From a virus (taxonomy: Duplodnaviria; Heunggongvirae; Uroviricota; Caudoviricetes), in IMG/VR virus record IMGVR_UViG_2563366937_000009: a stretch of DNA of 17,199 bases. One strand, 5' to 3'. Shown here piece after piece: positions 16,048 to 17,199 of the stretch (the first letter of the stretch is position 1; each line of letters starts with the position of its first letter). Made by a program: the position numbers and the translations under genes. The notes beneath the pieces are model-generated. The model was not told the origin of the DNA. It did not search any database and worked only from the letters and a program-made list of their open reading frames with translations.

Positions 16048-17199
16048 ATGGTTGATAAAATAATTTTCACTGTTACGCCAATTTTTTCCATTCCTCCACG
16101 TTGCGCTGCTGCTGTAGAGACCTGGATTTATCAGGTTGCTAAGATGACAAGAATACCGAATAGAATTGTTTGTATAAAAGAAGAAGGTTATTCTGATATC
16201 ACTACTGTCAGTGAACGATGCTCAATTCATCGCATCGGATTCGGTCGAATTTATAAACGCATATTTCAGAAATTGACGCGTATAGACCCCCTGCCTTATT
16301 CTCAACGAATTTTGAATGTCGCTAACGATTTCAATATTACGGATAACAGTGTAATCGTTGTACATAATAGCATGAAATTATATAGCCAGATTCGTGAGCG
16401 TTCACCTCATGCAAAAATAGTGATGCATATGCATAACGCTTATGAGCCAAAAGGAATGGATGCTAATGTCAAAATGCTCGTCCCCAGTAACTATTTAAAA
16501 GACTATTATCAGGGTTTTCTTCCTGATGCAGATATCGCTATAGTTCCAAATGGAACAGATCCATATAATACGGATAAGCACTGTGCCAAAATCAACAGAT
16601 CTGAACTGAACATACCCTCTGACAAGAAGATTATATTTTATGCGGGAAGAATATCTCCTGAAAAAGGATTGATGTTACTTTTACAAGCGTTTGAACTACT
16701 CATCAGAACCCGTGATGATATAGAGCTGGTTGTTATCGGAGATTATGCGAGCAAAAGTAAGGGTGAAAAAGGAATTTACCAACAGAAAATTCGAGAATTA
16801 GCAAAGCAACTAGGTTCACACTGCCATATGTTAGGAGGTGTCGCTCCTGAGGAAATGCATCGTTATTATTGTTTGGCTGATTTAGTTGTTATTCCATCTC
16901 AATTTCAGGAGCCATTTTGTATGGTGGCAATAGAAGCTATGAGTGCAGGTAAACCTGTACTGGTGAGTACTCGAGGTGGAATGATAGAATTTGTAAAAGA
17001 TAAAGATACTGGCTATCACCTGCAAGAGCTGATGACCCCCAAAACGATTGCTGTGGATATAGAAAAAACACTTAACAATCCTGATTTACTTAGTATTGCC
17101 CATCACGGAAAACAATTTGTCCTGGAAAATTATTTATGGTGGCAAGTTACTCACAAGTTTGAAACTGTAATTAGCAATTGGTTTGATTGTTCCAATTAA
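16048..17199 (+). CDS. GT4-type (GT-B fold, retaining) glycosyltransferase; likely lipopolysaccharide or surface-polysaccharide glycosyltransferase
   Basis: 383 aa with an AAGGA RBS. The C-terminal domain carries an E-x7-E motif (EPFCMVAIE, 16908-16934) followed by AMSAGKPVLVSTRGGMIEFV. The gene is markedly AT-richer than the tail genes and is complete (stop at 17197-17199). Confidence 0.8.
   Translation: MVDKIIFTVTPIFSIPPRCAAAVETWIYQVAKMTRIPNRIVCIKEEGYSDITTVSERCSIHRIGFGRIYKRIFQKLTRIDPLPYSQRILNVANDFNITDNSVIVVHNSMKLYSQIRERSPHAKIVMHMHNAYEPKGMDANVKMLVPSNYLKDYYQGFLPDADIAIVPNGTDPYNTDKHCAKINRSELNIPSDKKIIFYAGRISPEKGLMLLLQAFELLIRTRDDIELVVIGDYASKSKGEKGIYQQKIRELAKQLGSHCHMLGGVAPEEMHRYYCLADLVVIPSQFQEPFCMVAIEAMSAGKPVLVSTRGGMIEFVKDKDTGYHLQELMTPKTIAVDIEKTLNNPDLLSIAHHGKQFVLENYLWWQVTHKFETVISNWFDCSN

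Overview
This window is a complete P2/Mu-type contractile phage tail module on the + strand (2255-15538), encoding sheath, tube, chaperone, tape measure, gpU/X/D, baseplate V/W/J/I, tail fibre and fibre-assembly proteins, most with overlapping stop/start codons. It is preceded by a three-gene lysis cassette (886-2108: holin-like, signal-peptide lytic transglycosylase, membrane coiled-coil protein) and a divergent Mor-family activator gene (1-348, - strand). The divergent regulatory region carries a near-perfect recA-type LexA box (572-587). No capsid, portal, terminase, integrase or replication gene is visible anywhere in the 17.2 kb, so the best reading is an SOS-inducible R-type tailocin-like element or a head-less prophage remnant; flanking sequence is needed to decide. 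The tail operon ends with an unexplained translationally coupled 151-aa His/Cys protein (15083-15538), followed by a ~500-bp very AT-rich spacer and a low-GC GT4-type glycosyltransferase (16048-17199). No rRNA, tRNA or CRISPR array was recognised. All calls come from reading the supplied ORF translations and the nucleotide sequence by eye; no database search was run.
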